A stretch of DNA of 64,000 nucleotides from Octopus vulgaris (taxonomy: Eukaryota), in the NCBI GenBank assembly GCA_951406725.2, contig OX597814.1:83576001-83640000 (forward strand), read 5' to 3'. The notes below the pieces were generated by a model that ran no database searches, was not told the origin of the DNA, and saw nothing but the letters and a program-made list of their open reading frames with translations. Shown here one piece after another: positions 1 to 11,765 of this stretch (positions within the stretch are counted from its first letter, which is position 1; each line of letters opens with the position of its first letter). Both the position numbers and the translations under genes were made by a program.

Positions 1-1195
1 CATTTTTAATCAACCAAATATGAACCATTTTGTTGCACAATGCATCTCCATCTTTCCTTTAACTTGAAAATACCCTCTTCCCAGAATTGAGGTGGTTTCA
101 TGGCAAACAATCCATCAAGGTATCTTTTTACATCATTCAAGGAATTGAAATTTTTACCATTAACACTATTCTACAGAGACCTGAATAAGTGGAAATCTGA
201 AGGAGCAATATCTGGTGAATATGGAGGATGGGGTAACATATCCCAGCCGAGCTGCAACAATTTTTGCCTAGTTCCCAAAGAAACGTGCAGTCTTGCATTA
301 TCATGTTGGAAAACAAGACCCTTCCTGTTGGCCAATTCTGGTCATTTCTCTTGAATTGCTGCGTTTAACTCGTCCAGTTGTGTGCAGTATTTCTTAAAAT
401 TAATTGTCTGGTTACTTGGGAGAAGCTCATAGTACAGAATTCTTTTCCAATCCCACCAGACACAAAGTAAGACTTTTTTAGGGTGAAGACCCGCTTTTGG
501 GGTGGCTCATGTCGCTTACTTCAGGATTGCTTCCTCTGAACATTTTGGTAGATAATCCATTTCTCATCACCTGTCACAATTTGCTTTAAAAAAGCACGTT
601 TTCATTCCGTTTATAAAGTGAATCACAGATGGAAATGCGAGCCAAAAGATTCTTCTCACTCAACTCATGTGGTACCCAAACATCATAGTGATTTGTGTAC
701 CCAAGCTTTACCAGGTGCTCATGAATGATGGATTTTGATAGGTTGAGGGTTTTTGCCAATTATCGGGTTGTGCAATGTGGGTTATTCTCAATTAATGACT
801 TGATTTGGTCATCATCTGCAGTGGATAGTCTGTCTGATTGCTCTTTATCAATAAGGCTACAATCTCCAGCTCAGAACCTTATGAACCACTTCCATACAGT
901 TCTTTCGGATAAAGAAACATCACCATAAACTGTGTATATTTCTTTGGTTGCTTGTGAGGCATTTTTCCCTTTACGGAAAAAGAAAAGCATCAAGTGCTGA
1001 AAATGAACTTTCTTATCTTCCATCTTAAAGGGTTACAGGTTATAGGAACATAAACCTTCTTCCACAAAAATATAGCTTAAACTATGCTCTAAATGGAGGT
1101 GTAGTCAAATCCTATTTTATGGTTCAACCATGTTCTAAAATAAGTCGAAAGGTAAGATATTATAAATTGGCACAAACTTTCCGGACAACTTAATA
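1..1195 (-). mobile_element. Mariner-type DNA transposon remnant (runs off the window start)
   Basis: Minus-strand transposase motifs (VTGDEKWI, FQHDNAR.H, HPPYSPDIAPSDFHLF) with stops; TIR-like end TATTAAGTTGTCCGGAAAGTTTGTGCC at ~1169-1195. Confidence 0.85.
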
Positions 1196-1374
1196 TCATT
1201 CATCAGAGTGGAGCCAATCTGTTTTACTAATTTCCTTTAAATTTTTTTAAATTGTAAAATTTTCTAATGATTTGGGTTTTTCAAATATTGGGACTACTTC
1301 AATAACTTACTTTTATTTTAAATCTCTGTGTGGCTGTGTGTGTGTGTATGTAAATAGGATCTTCAAGAACACAA

Positions 1375-1551
1375 CAAGAAGCTTGTTTCCCAACCACATG
1401 GTTCTGGGTTCAGTCCCACTGTGTGGCACCTTAGGTAAGTGTCTTAGCCTTAGATTACCAAACCTGTGAGTGGATTTTGTAGACAGAAACTGAAAGAATC
1501 CCATCGTATATGTATATATATATATCATATACATATCTGTGTGTGTGTGTG

Positions 1552-1600
<49 letters not shown>

Positions 1601-1790
1601 TGTCTGTGTTTGCCCCCCATCACTGCTTGACAACCAGTGTTGGGTGTGTCATATCCCCCTAAACTAGCAGTTTGGCAAAAGAGACCAATAGAATAAGTAC
1701 CGGACTTAACAAACAAGGAAGAAAAAAAAATAAGTGCTAGGGTTGATTCATTCACCGAAAAATTCTTCAAGCCAGTAAAAGATAAAAGAT
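1375..1790 (+). mobile_element. tRNA-derived CORE-type SINE family B with internal (TA)/(TG) tract
   Basis: gcttcccaaccacatggttctgggttcagtcccactgtgtggcacctt head. Other copies at ~14690-15085, 17035-17430, 17595-17750, 18850-18985, 21445-21600, 23865-24020, 24300-24460, 53300-53685, 56215-56370, 57710-57865, 62570-62715. Confidence 0.85.
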
Positions 1791-1869
1791 TTTTAAATGA
1801 AGAATAATTCACTGAAAATGCTCAACAGATAATTATAAATAGTAAGGAATTACTCTGGGCAATAACATT

Positions 1870-3190
1870 AATCTAAAATGTACACATATATTTATGACTG
1901 CTGATGATGGTATGTTCTCTGAAAATTAGTCATGGTTCTGCATATGAATTCATCTGCAGCAAGCTTTGCTTATGAAGAGTTATTACAACTCTGGACATCA
2001 GAGTCATCTTCTCTGGATTTTCAGCTATAAAATTCTAGCATTTCACTAATATGATGTGGTGTTTCTGCTGGATTTTCTAAACCTTATGTTCCAGAGAGTC
2101 ATAGATAAACCATCTTCTCTGTTCTCCATAATTTATCTCATCCAGATATTTTAACAATGGCAAGATTAATTTCAAATCATTTTGTTTGGCCTATTCTGCA
2201 AAAGTACATTCTCCTGCCAAAAAGCCAAGGTTAAGCACACTTTCCCTACTCCTGATGCTTATTTCAAGCATATCCATGTAGATATCATGGGTCCTCTTCA
2301 ATCAAGTCAAGATAAAATGTATCTTTTGATCTGCATACACCATTTTTTCCAGATGGTCTGAAGCCATACCAATTAAGGACATTTCATCCCTCTAATGGCC
2401 AAATAGATTTCATATTTTGGAGCACCTATGACAATAACAACCAACAGAGGTCATCAGTTTGAATCTAGTCTTTTTGACAACCTATCTAACTTGCTAGGTA
2501 AGCATTAAATTCATACTACAGCTTACCATCCTATGTCTAACAGAATGATAGAACGTTTTTATCGTCAGCTTAAAGCAGTTTTATGCAGCTTTACAAGTAC
2601 ATTCTGATTCAGATAGATGATTAGAAGACCTGCTGGTTGTGTTACTAGATTTATGTGTACCACTGTTAAGAAAAACCCAGGTTACTCCTTAGCAGAATTA
2701 CTGTATGGTTTGGCACTTACACTGCCTGTTCAAATGATATTGTCTATAGTTACTCAACATGATTCTACCAATTATATTCATCAGCTGTGAAATTACAGTC
2801 TCCTTAATAATAGGACTGCAGTTGATTAAAACTTTTGTTCTACCAATGTCAATACCTGGACTCATGTAATTGTATGCAATGATGTAGTTAAGTATCCCTT
2901 GCAGAGAGTTAATTCTAGATTGTACCATGCATTAAAAGCTACACCAAAGTAAATGGTTTTGGACATTCAAGGAAGACAAGAGACTGTCAAAGTTGATTGA
3001 TTTCAGCAGCCTTTTGTCATGTCTATTCCCCTCCCACAAAACTCCTCCTCCTCTTTGTCACACCTACACAATCTACACATAAACATAATGCTTTATCTAT
3101 CAACAGTACATTTCATACTGACAGAGTAAGCAAGAGTGGAAGAAAAGTACATTGGCCAGCCAGATACATTTGCACTTATTTTTATTAACA
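1870..3190 (+). mobile_element. Degenerate Ty3/Gypsy integrase region
   Basis: Fragments HVDIMGPL, RWSEAIPIKDI, FGAP.TITTNRG.QFES, HTTAYHP.SN.MIERF.RQLK across frameshifts. Confidence 0.8.
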
Positions 3191-3438
3191 CCAAAACACA
3201 CACAAAAATTCTTTTTAAAGTTACCTGAAAAAAAAAAAGAACTGCAGAACTTTGCATTTTCTATGAACTTTTCATTGTGGCATGAACATATCTTTCAAGA
3301 ATTTTTCAGTATTCAGTGCATGTCGTTTTTTTTTTCTTTTAGCACTTGCATTGGTCTCTCTCTCTCTCTCTCTCTTTATGTAAATTCTCTTTTTATTGTT
3401 TAGTTCTTACATTTTATGCAAAGAACTGTAAAAGGACT

Positions 3439-4042
3439 TGTAGTGAACTCTAGTGAGCTTCCCCACTTATATTAAGTACATACAAACATAGCAGGTAACA
3501 GCTAGCCTTTGGGTGCTGTTTTGGACCCCGTTGTGTTTACCACTCTGATTGGTTGACATTGGCGCAATTTGTTTCATACTTTATTGTGCACCAATATGCA
3601 ACCCAACCAATCACAACCTGCAAATAAGTCATGTGAGACAGTCTGTTCCAAACAAGCATTTGAGCCTACCCATCAGCTATAAAAACTCGCCTCTTCCTAG
3701 ACCCAACGTCAATTGGTCCCAGACTTTCTAAGGCCTAACCACTGACCACCTTGCAGTGACCTCCATCTTCATTGCCACACCAGATGTCTCTCACCAACGT
3801 CGTCAACATCTACACAGCACCAACACATTGCTCTGATTCCTACATCGCTGTTCATGAGCTTCTCACCAGGGTTAACAGCTTACATACAACCCATGCAGAT
3901 GTCTGTAAATACATATAAAAGTCCATCGACCATTCTATTCATCATTCCATTGTGTATATATGTGTGTGACCACAATAAACATGCTAAAGTTACCACCTTG
4001 TGTTTTATACATTCTTTACCAGGTTCCTACCACCACAAGAAC
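3439..4042 (+). repeat. Possible 3' LTR of the Gypsy remnant
   Basis: TG...CA-bounded segment downstream of the integrase, with TATAAAA and AATAAA; no partner LTR seen in the window. Confidence 0.3.
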
Positions 4043-4689
4043 ATAACTACCTTCTGAGAGTTTCATTAGATGACACCACAACATATAACATCTAAAGACT
4101 ATTTGTAGAGTGATTCAAAATCTAACTGCTTGGTAACCAGTCATGCATCATGATCAAACCATAGTAGTTTCATATCATTGGTCTATTAAGCAATACTGCC
4201 ATAAACTCCTAGCAGTATGCCTCTCCTAGTAATAACTGTTGCTGTTATTATTTGTTTGTAAAAGACCAATGTCAGTTACTTCACACAGTTTTATTCATCA
4301 ACCCAATCGGTCATCACCTCAGACCAACCAACAAAAGCCTGCTAGTGCTATGACTTTGCAAGATGAGTACCAAGAAAGCATACCAAAGAAAATAAGCATA
4401 ATAGTATGGAGATCTGTTAACATTTACTTGATTGCTACAATGATGAAAGCAAAGCTTTTTTTGAGAGAACAGTCACAAGAGATAAGACCTGAAGCAATCA
4501 CTTTGAGCCAGAATCCAAAAGGCAGAGTATGGCATGGAAAGATCTGGAATCACCAGCCAAAAAGAAATTCAAGATTCACAGAATAACTGAAGCTAACCAG
4601 TTTTGGGACACAAAAGGGACTATATTGGAACATTACCTGGAAGAGGTGTCTACAGCCTCCAGTGTAGGCTAGAGTGAAATGCTGGCCAA

Positions 4690-5115
4690 CAAACTGAAAC
4701 TGGTAATTCACATAACACCAAAGTCATTAGTCAAATCAAGTGTTAATATTGCATGACAATACACACCCGCATATGGCCATCCACATCGTTGAAACCACTG
4801 AAAAATTGAGTTTTGAGTTGCTGTAACATCCTGCACACAGTCCACATCTAGCCTCCTCCAACTATCATATCTTTGGACCACTCAAACATTCTTTACTAAG
4901 TCATTGATTTGTTACAGACAAAGAAGCACAAGAAGCAGTGCATAAATGGCTACATGACCAGCCAAAATCTTCTCCAATGGAATAAGCAAGCTTGTTGACC
5001 ACAGAAAGAAGTGCATTGAAAAACAAGGAGATTATGTTGAAAAATGATGTAATTGTTCAAACCCTGCTTTTGTTAATAAACTAAACAAGTGTGCATATAA
5101 TTTCTGTCTTACCCT

Positions 5116-5118
<3 letters not shown>
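4690..5118 (+). mobile_element. Mariner 3' remnant
   Basis: HDN..PH, PAHSP.LA.S.YHIFGPLK and KCIEKQGDYVEK* motifs. Confidence 0.8.
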
Positions 5119-5157
<39 letters not shown>

Positions 5158-5833
5158 TATATATCGGAATGGTCAAATTGCCAGTTTAGACAATAAAAAC
5201 ACACGCACTATATATTTGGTGTTATTTTGCTTCAGTGATATTTATTTTTTACATTAATCTTAATCTTATTTCGGCCAAAGTTCTTTCGTCACACTCCTGT
5301 GACCGCATCAGTGGTCCTTTGTTTTCTTCTCACTTACTTGTGTCTCTCCTTACTAACCGTCAGCCATTTTGTATTTCTATTGTATGTCTTCATTTGCGCA
5401 TGCTTATATCTCTATGTGCGTCTATGTTTATTTAGTGTGTGTGGGGGGGGGATGTCTGTAATATTTGTATCTTCTGGTTATATACATTCTTGTAATTTGT
5501 ATTTTGTTTTTGTTGTTGTTGCTTTTGTTCTAATTTTGTTCATGTGTTTACATCCACCCATTATTATCATTACATATGCTTGTATGTATGTATAACAACA
5601 ATATTAGTAATAATAATAATAAATCTAATCGAGAAAAAAAAAAAAAAAAAGAATATACATATACATATATATATATATACATACATATACATATACATAT
5701 ATATATATACATATATACACACACATATACACATATACATATACACATATATACACATATACATACACATAGATATTCATTTCTATTTCTTTAATTACCT
5801 GTGTATTTATTATGTTTGCAGGATCCACTATTG

Positions 5834-7582
5834 TCATATGTTGTGGTGTGCGCTATTGCTCCATTCTAGTTTTCTATTCAGGCTAGGTTTATTTTCTATT
5901 ATATGTGTAGCTTCTGTAATTTGTCTAATTGTTGCATCTGTTCTATGTGTGGACAATATCTTAATCTCTATGTTATTGATTGATCCCCCGTGTTCTTGTT
6001 CGGCGTGTTGGTACAGAATCGATGAGCTTTTACCTTCCTTGAGTTGTCTCCAATGTTCATTCACCCGCTCACCAATGCTTCTTGCAGTTTCCCCTACGTA
6101 TGTTACTGTCTTGTTACTGCATCTTCCCTCTATACATCTTATACTATAGACCACATTTCTGGCTTTACAGTTCGTTTGTGGGCTAAATCTACATACAGTG
6201 CAATAGTTATCCGTACAGAGAGTTCTACTAAAAGGATAGGTTCTACCAATTATAGATCTGATAGGGTTGCCTGGCTTTTCAACAACCTTAATTCTTAGTT
6301 TAAGTTTATCTAGGGTCCTTCTAAAGCGGTACGCTAGTTCACCTCCAGGGGTGGTGTCAACGAACATGACACTCTGGTGATTTATGGCTATCATACCAAG
6401 AGTTGGCCTTCCTTATTTTCTTTTTGTCCTTTCTATAGTGTTCCATGACTTGTTCCTATAGAGTGGGCAAATCCCATTCCTATCATTACATAATATATTA
6501 TCAAATTTCTTCATGGCTCCTTTGTATACTCTGATCCTTTCTTTATGGCTGTAACCTGAGAACTGCATGCGGTGAATGAAATACTGTATGTGTCTCTTTA
6601 ATTCTGTAGGCTCGCACATGCGTGACACATTTCTCATTATTCTGACGAGGTCTGCCATCAAAATATTGAATTTGGCATTGCCCGCAATGGCTGAGTTCCG
6701 GTGGATCAGGTATTTTGAGGCCATAGGTTTTGCATAGTATGAATGAAGGATTTGGGTTTTATTTTTCACAATTTCTAGCCAGAGTTCAGTGTCTAGTACT
6801 GGTAGTCTATGGTTGGGGTGTTTAGTGGGGTAGTCTATTGTGACCTTAATACTCTGGTGGATGGAGTTAGCTATTTGCTGGATGCTCTCCATAGTATTAG
6901 TTTCTATTACTATATCAACCGTACTCTCTTGTGGGGGTGCCTTTACTACTATATTGATATCATCAACATAGCGAGAGTACATGTTTACGAGTATGGATTT
7001 CTGCAGTAGGCATTCTTTAAGCCTTCTGTCCCACCATACCATGAAGAGGTTGGCCACATCACCAGCGATACTAACACCGATGGCTGCCCCCTCGTCCTGG
7101 GCATATATTTTATTATTAAATTTAAATGTGTGGCCTTTTAGGGTAACTCTTATACTAGCTCCTAGTGCATGTGCGATCATTTTCTTTACCTGATGGACAT
7201 TTGCGGGGCTCCGTATGGCTCTGGTCCATCCGCGCCATCTTTCTATATGTGTCTTCCTAGCCATAGAAGTAATTGTAGGCGGTCTACCTCTTAAACATCT
7301 ACTGGGGCAGAAACTACTAAGATTATGTTTATCTAAGTATTCACTATTATATGTCAGTCTAAGTAGGAGGCCCAGTTCTTCTGTGTCGACATTACAGAAC
7401 TCCACCTGGCTCTCGTTGATCATCTCCACGCACTTCTCCACTGCAAAATCTACGTCAATCGATGGGTATAGGGATACCACATCCATGCTACCTACTATAC
7501 ATCCTGTCAAGTCACAAGTTTTGTTACAGTCACTGATCCTGCTTAGGAGATCTTCTGTGCTGTCACATACATCAGGTGACAT
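5834..7582 (-). pseudogene. Mirror copy of the Penelope-like RT-GIY-YIG ORF, broken by a -1/+1 indel pair near 6379-6425
   Basis: Same protein as the plus-strand ORF, plus extra N-terminal residues from the spacer. One A is missing in a homopolymer and one extra C follows; could be mutation or consensus error. Confidence 0.85.
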
Positions 7583-7621
7583 CCTGATTATAGGATCAGT
7601 GACTGTAACAAAACTTGTGAC

Positions 7622-9298
7622 TTGACAGGATGTATAGTAGGTAGCATGGATGTGGTATCCCTATACCCATCGATTGACGTAGATTTTGCAGTGGAGAAGT
7701 GCGTGGAGATGATCAACGAGAGCCAGGTGGAGTTCTGTAATGTCGACACAGAAGAACTGGGCCTCCTACTTAGACTGACATATAATAGTGAATACTTAGA
7801 TAAACATAATCTTAGTAGTTTCTGCCCCAGTAGATGTTTAAGAGGTAGACCGCCTACAATTACTTCTATGGCTAGGAAGACACATATAGAAAGATGGCGC
7901 GGATGGACCAGAGCCATACGGAGCCCCGCAAATGTCCATCAGGTAAAGAAAATGATCGCACATGCACTAGGAGCTAGTATAAGAGTTACCCTAAAAGGCC
8001 ACACATTTAAATTTAATAATAAAATATATGCCCAGGACGAGGGGGCAGCCATCGGTGTTAGTATCGCTGGTGATGTGGCCAACCTCTTCATGGTATGGTG
8101 GGACAGAAGGCTTAAAGAATGCCTACTGCAGAAATCCATACTCGTAAACATGTACTCTCGCTATGTTGATGATATCAATATAGTAGTAAAGGCACCCCCA
8201 CAAGAGAGTACGGTTGATATAGTAATAGAAACTAATACTATGGAGAGCATCCAGCAAATAGCTAACTCCATCCACCAGAGTATTAAGGTCACAATAGACT
8301 ACCCCACTAAACACCCCAACCATAGACTACCAGTACTAGACACTGAACTCTGGCTAGAAATTGTGAAAAATAAAACCCAAATCCTTCATTCATACTATGC
8401 AAAACCTATGGCCTCAAAATACCTGATCCACCGGAACTCAGCCATTGCGGGCAATGCCAAATTCAATATTTTGATGGCAGACCTCGTCAGAATAATGAGA
8501 AATGTGTCACGCATGTGCGAGCCTACAGAATTAAAGAGACACATACAGTATTTCATTCACCGCATGCAGTTCTCAGGTTACAGCCATAAAGAAAGGATCA
8601 GAGTATACAAAGGAGCCATGAAGAAATTTGATAATATATTATGTAATGATAGGAATGGGATTTGCCCACTCTATAGGAACAAGTCATGGAACACTATAGA
8701 AAGGACAAAAAAGAAAATAAGGAAGGCCAACTCTTGGTATGATAGCCATAAATACCAGAGTGTCATGTTCGTTGACACCACCCCTGGAGGTGAACTAGCG
8801 TACCGCTTTAGAAGGACCCTAGATAAACTTAAACTAAGAATTAAGGTTGTTGAAAAGCCAGGCAACCCTATCAGATCTATAATTGGTAGAACCTATCCTT
8901 TTAGTAGAACTCTCTGTACGGATAACTATTGCACTGTATGTAGATTTAGCCCACAAACGAACTGTAAAGCCAGAAATGTGGTCTATAGTATAAGATGTAT
9001 AGAGGGAAGATGCAGTAACAAGACAGTAACATACGTAGGGGAAACTGCAAGAAGCATTGGTGAGCGGGTGAATGAACATTGGAGACAACTCAAGGAAGGT
9101 AAAAGCTCATCGATTCTGTACCAACACGCCGAACAAGAACACGGGGGATCAATCAATAACATAGAGATTAAGATATTGTCCACACATAGAACAGATGCAA
9201 CAATTAGACAAATTACAGAAGCTACACATATAATAGAAAATAAACCTAGCCTGAATAGAAAACTAGAATGGAGCAATAGCGCACACCACAACATATGA
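7622..9298 (+). CDS. Penelope-like RT + Cys-rich linker + C-terminal GIY-YIG endonuclease, 5'-truncated (558 aa uninterrupted)
   Basis: RT motifs [16 protein letters not shown]...ANLFM, RYVDD, LPVLD; CxxxxCxxC linker; GIY-YIG-type NVVYSIRC...[16 protein letters not shown]...E...N. Begins at TTG just before motif A, so there is no native start and the N-terminal RT motifs are missing. Confidence 0.92.
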   Translation: MTGCIVGSMDVVSLYPSIDVDFAVEKCVEMINESQVEFCNVDTEELGLLLRLTYNSEYLDKHNLSSFCPSRCLRGRPPTITSMARKTHIERWRGWTRAIRSPANVHQVKKMIAHALGASIRVTLKGHTFKFNNKIYAQDEGAAIGVSIAGDVANLFMVWWDRRLKECLLQKSILVNMYSRYVDDINIVVKAPPQESTVDIVIETNTMESIQQIANSIHQSIKVTIDYPTKHPNHRLPVLDTELWLEIVKNKTQILHSYYAKPMASKYLIHRNSAIAGNAKFNILMADLVRIMRNVSRMCEPTELKRHIQYFIHRMQFSGYSHKERIRVYKGAMKKFDNILCNDRNGICPLYRNKSWNTIERTKKKIRKANSWYDSHKYQSVMFVDTTPGGELAYRFRRTLDKLKLRIKVVEKPGNPIRSIIGRTYPFSRTLCTDNYCTVCRFSPQTNCKARNVVYSIRCIEGRCSNKTVTYVGETARSIGERVNEHWRQLKEGKSSSILYQHAEQEHGGSINNIEIKILSTHRTDATIRQITEATHIIENKPSLNRKLEWSNSAHHNI

Positions 9299-9817
9299 CA
9301 ATAGTGGATCCTGCAAACATAATAAATACACAGGTAATTAAAGAAATAGAAATGAATATCTATGTGTATGTATATGTGTATATATGTGTATATGTATATG
9401 TGTATATGTGTGTGTATATATGTATATATATATATGTATATGTATATGTATGTATATATATATATATGTATATGTATATTCTTTTTTTTTTTTTTTTTTT
9501 TTCTCGATTAGATTTATTATTATTATTACTAATATTGTTGTTATACATACATACAAGCATATGTAATGATAATAATGGGTGGATGTAAACACATGAACAA
9601 AATTAGAACAAAAGCAACAACAACAAAAACAAAATACAAATTACAAGAATGTATATAACCAGAAGATACAAATATTACAGACATCCCCCCCCACACACAC
9701 TAAATAAACATAGACGCACATAGAGATATAAGCATGCGCAAATGAAGACATACAATAGAAATACAAAATGGCTGACGGTTAGTAAGGAGAGACACAAGTA
9801 AGTGAGAAGAAAACAAA

Positions 9818-9862
9818 GGACCACTGATGCGGTCACAGGAGTGTGACGAAAGAACTTTGGCC
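9818..9862 (+). ncRNA. Minimal hammerhead-like fold in the Penelope-like 3' region (mirror copy at ~5273-5317)
   Basis: GGACCA-CTGATGCG-GTCACA(ggag)TGTGAC-GAAA-GAACTT-TGGCC; the core deviates from CUGANGA. Penelope-like terminal repeats are known to carry minimal hammerheads. Confidence 0.45.
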
Positions 9863-10037
9863 GAAATAAGATTAAGATTAATGTAAAAAATAAATATCAC
9901 TGAAGCAAAATAACACCAAATATATAGTGCGTGTGTTTTTATTGGCTAAACTGGCAATATGACCATTCCGAAATATAACAATATCTGTTTCAACACACGA
10001 CTTCACATAAAAAATCTTGCACAACAAATATTTAAAC

Positions 10038-10096
<59 letters not shown>

Positions 10097-10225
10097 AACA
10101 TGTAATGTTACCTATTGTATCAGTGAGAATTTTTCTGATAATTCTCAAAACTGAGAATTTTTCACAAATTACTGTTGTTGTTGCAGCTGGCTGTTATCTT
10201 TTGTTACAGTTTGATTTTTAAATAA

Positions 10226-10296
<71 letters not shown>

Positions 10297-10914
10297 GTCA
10301 TAGACTCCATTCTACAAACCTGAGATGAGACATCAGTTGCATAATGTTAATTTAATGCTATCAATATCTAGCAAAGAAAAATATGTTGGAAATCCTAGTT
10401 TGTAATATGATAAAAATCAACTTAGAAGTAATAAGTTTACCTTCTGCTTTGTGGATGTTGAATGTCATCTAGATATTCAAATGTCAAGGAAATTTATATT
10501 CAATACATTTTTTTTTTTTAATTTCCTACCTCAATGTTAAGGTGCCTTGCAGATGATCATATATCTGAATGTGCTAATAGATTGAGAAATGCTTCTTCAC
10601 ATGGATAGAATGTTTTATATGAGAGTATGATTTATTGCTCTCTATTTCAAATTAATGAAACATTTCTCAGTTACATGCTGACCACTTTTAGCTAATTTCT
10701 GTGAACTGTTCTACCCTAACTAGTAAAGAGGATTGAACTAGTAAAAGTTAAATGTATTGACTATGAACAAAGTAGAATGTCAGTGACAAGGGTGTCAGCC
10801 TTTAAATTTTTAATTGGTCAGCTGATACTCTATTGAGTTGATAAGTTGAATAATTGATGCTTGAACATTACATTTGTTACTGAGCTTTGTTGTAATATAG
10901 ATATCTAGCCATAG

Positions 10915-11725
10915 AAAATTGTAATAATTAGAGATAGGTAGTCAAAGAGACACATAAATGTTATCATATCACAACAACATTTTGAGAATCAATGTAGGGT
11001 AATGTATTCAGATGACAAAGAAATATCTATCTATCTATCTCCATCTATCTTTCTATCTAGCTGTCTATCTGTCCATCCATTTATCCGTCTGTCTATTTAT
11101 CTATCTGTCTGTCTGTCTATCTACATGCATACATACATATATTAATGTATGTATTCTGTTCATAGCACTTCTCAAGTTGGCATTTACAAACACCATACCA
11201 AAAAGCTAAACTGCTTCCACACGAACTGCAAGAGAAAGCTGTTGAAATCACCTGGTAAGACAAGGTCCCAGACATGGAGCACTTACACACAACAGAGGAG
11301 AGCGCAAGAAGGTGGGCAGGCCACTTTGTTTGAGTGTCTGACAAATAACTCCCCAAGTGACTGTTTTACAGTCTAGCCTTCTGCTAGACTGTAAAACAGC
11401 AAAAGGCAAGTGCATGCCAAGTGGACTGAAAGAGCACTTCAAGGATATACTCAAAGCCTCACTGAAGAGCTTTCAAATCAACCGCAACACCTGGGAAACA
11501 CAAGCATAACAGAGGTGACACTTCCTACAAACAGAACAGAATTGCAGGGGCACAAAGAAAACATGAGCTGCACAAGTTCAGAGCTAACTCTTTGTCTTCA
11601 GTCTCAGAAGACAACCAGTGCTTGACCTGCAGCAGAGGCTTCCGAGCACACCCTCAAACTGATTTGTGCTTCTTCTTGAATGTGATGTCCTTGGTCATTG
11701 TCATTGACAAACTAATGTACATATA

Positions 11726-11765
<40 letters not shown>

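Larger units (their letters stand above)
5151..10038. mobile_element. Penelope-like retroelement insertion arranged as a tail-out palindrome (arms ~5151-7540 and 7592-~9984, 51 bp spacer, unpaired tail to 10038)
   Basis: The arms are near-exact reverse complements and both encode RT + GIY-YIG; (TA)n arrays on both flanks (5122-5153, 10039-10095). Confidence 0.93.

Noticed and set aside
5544-5837. Cluster of YI/CV-rich ORFs (also ~9295-9592, 20345-21237, 22775-23223, 62696-63074)
   Set aside because: Translations of (TA)n/(TG)n/(CA)n microsatellites; no splice or homology support
7215-7917. Antisense ORFs MALVHPRHL... on both strands
   Set aside because: Shadow frames of the RT ORF, duplicated by the palindrome
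9296-9304. TGA at the end of the PLE ORF as possible selenocysteine (as in some Naiad elements)
   Set aside because: TAG follows two codons later, no internal in-frame TGA, endonuclease is C-terminal, and no SECIS was recognised
5151-10038. Palindrome as a DNA transposon with long TIRs, or as a pure sequencing fold-back
   Set aside because: The arms encode RT rather than transposase, the flanks are not mirrored and the ends are asymmetric; an artefact is disfavoured but not excluded without reads
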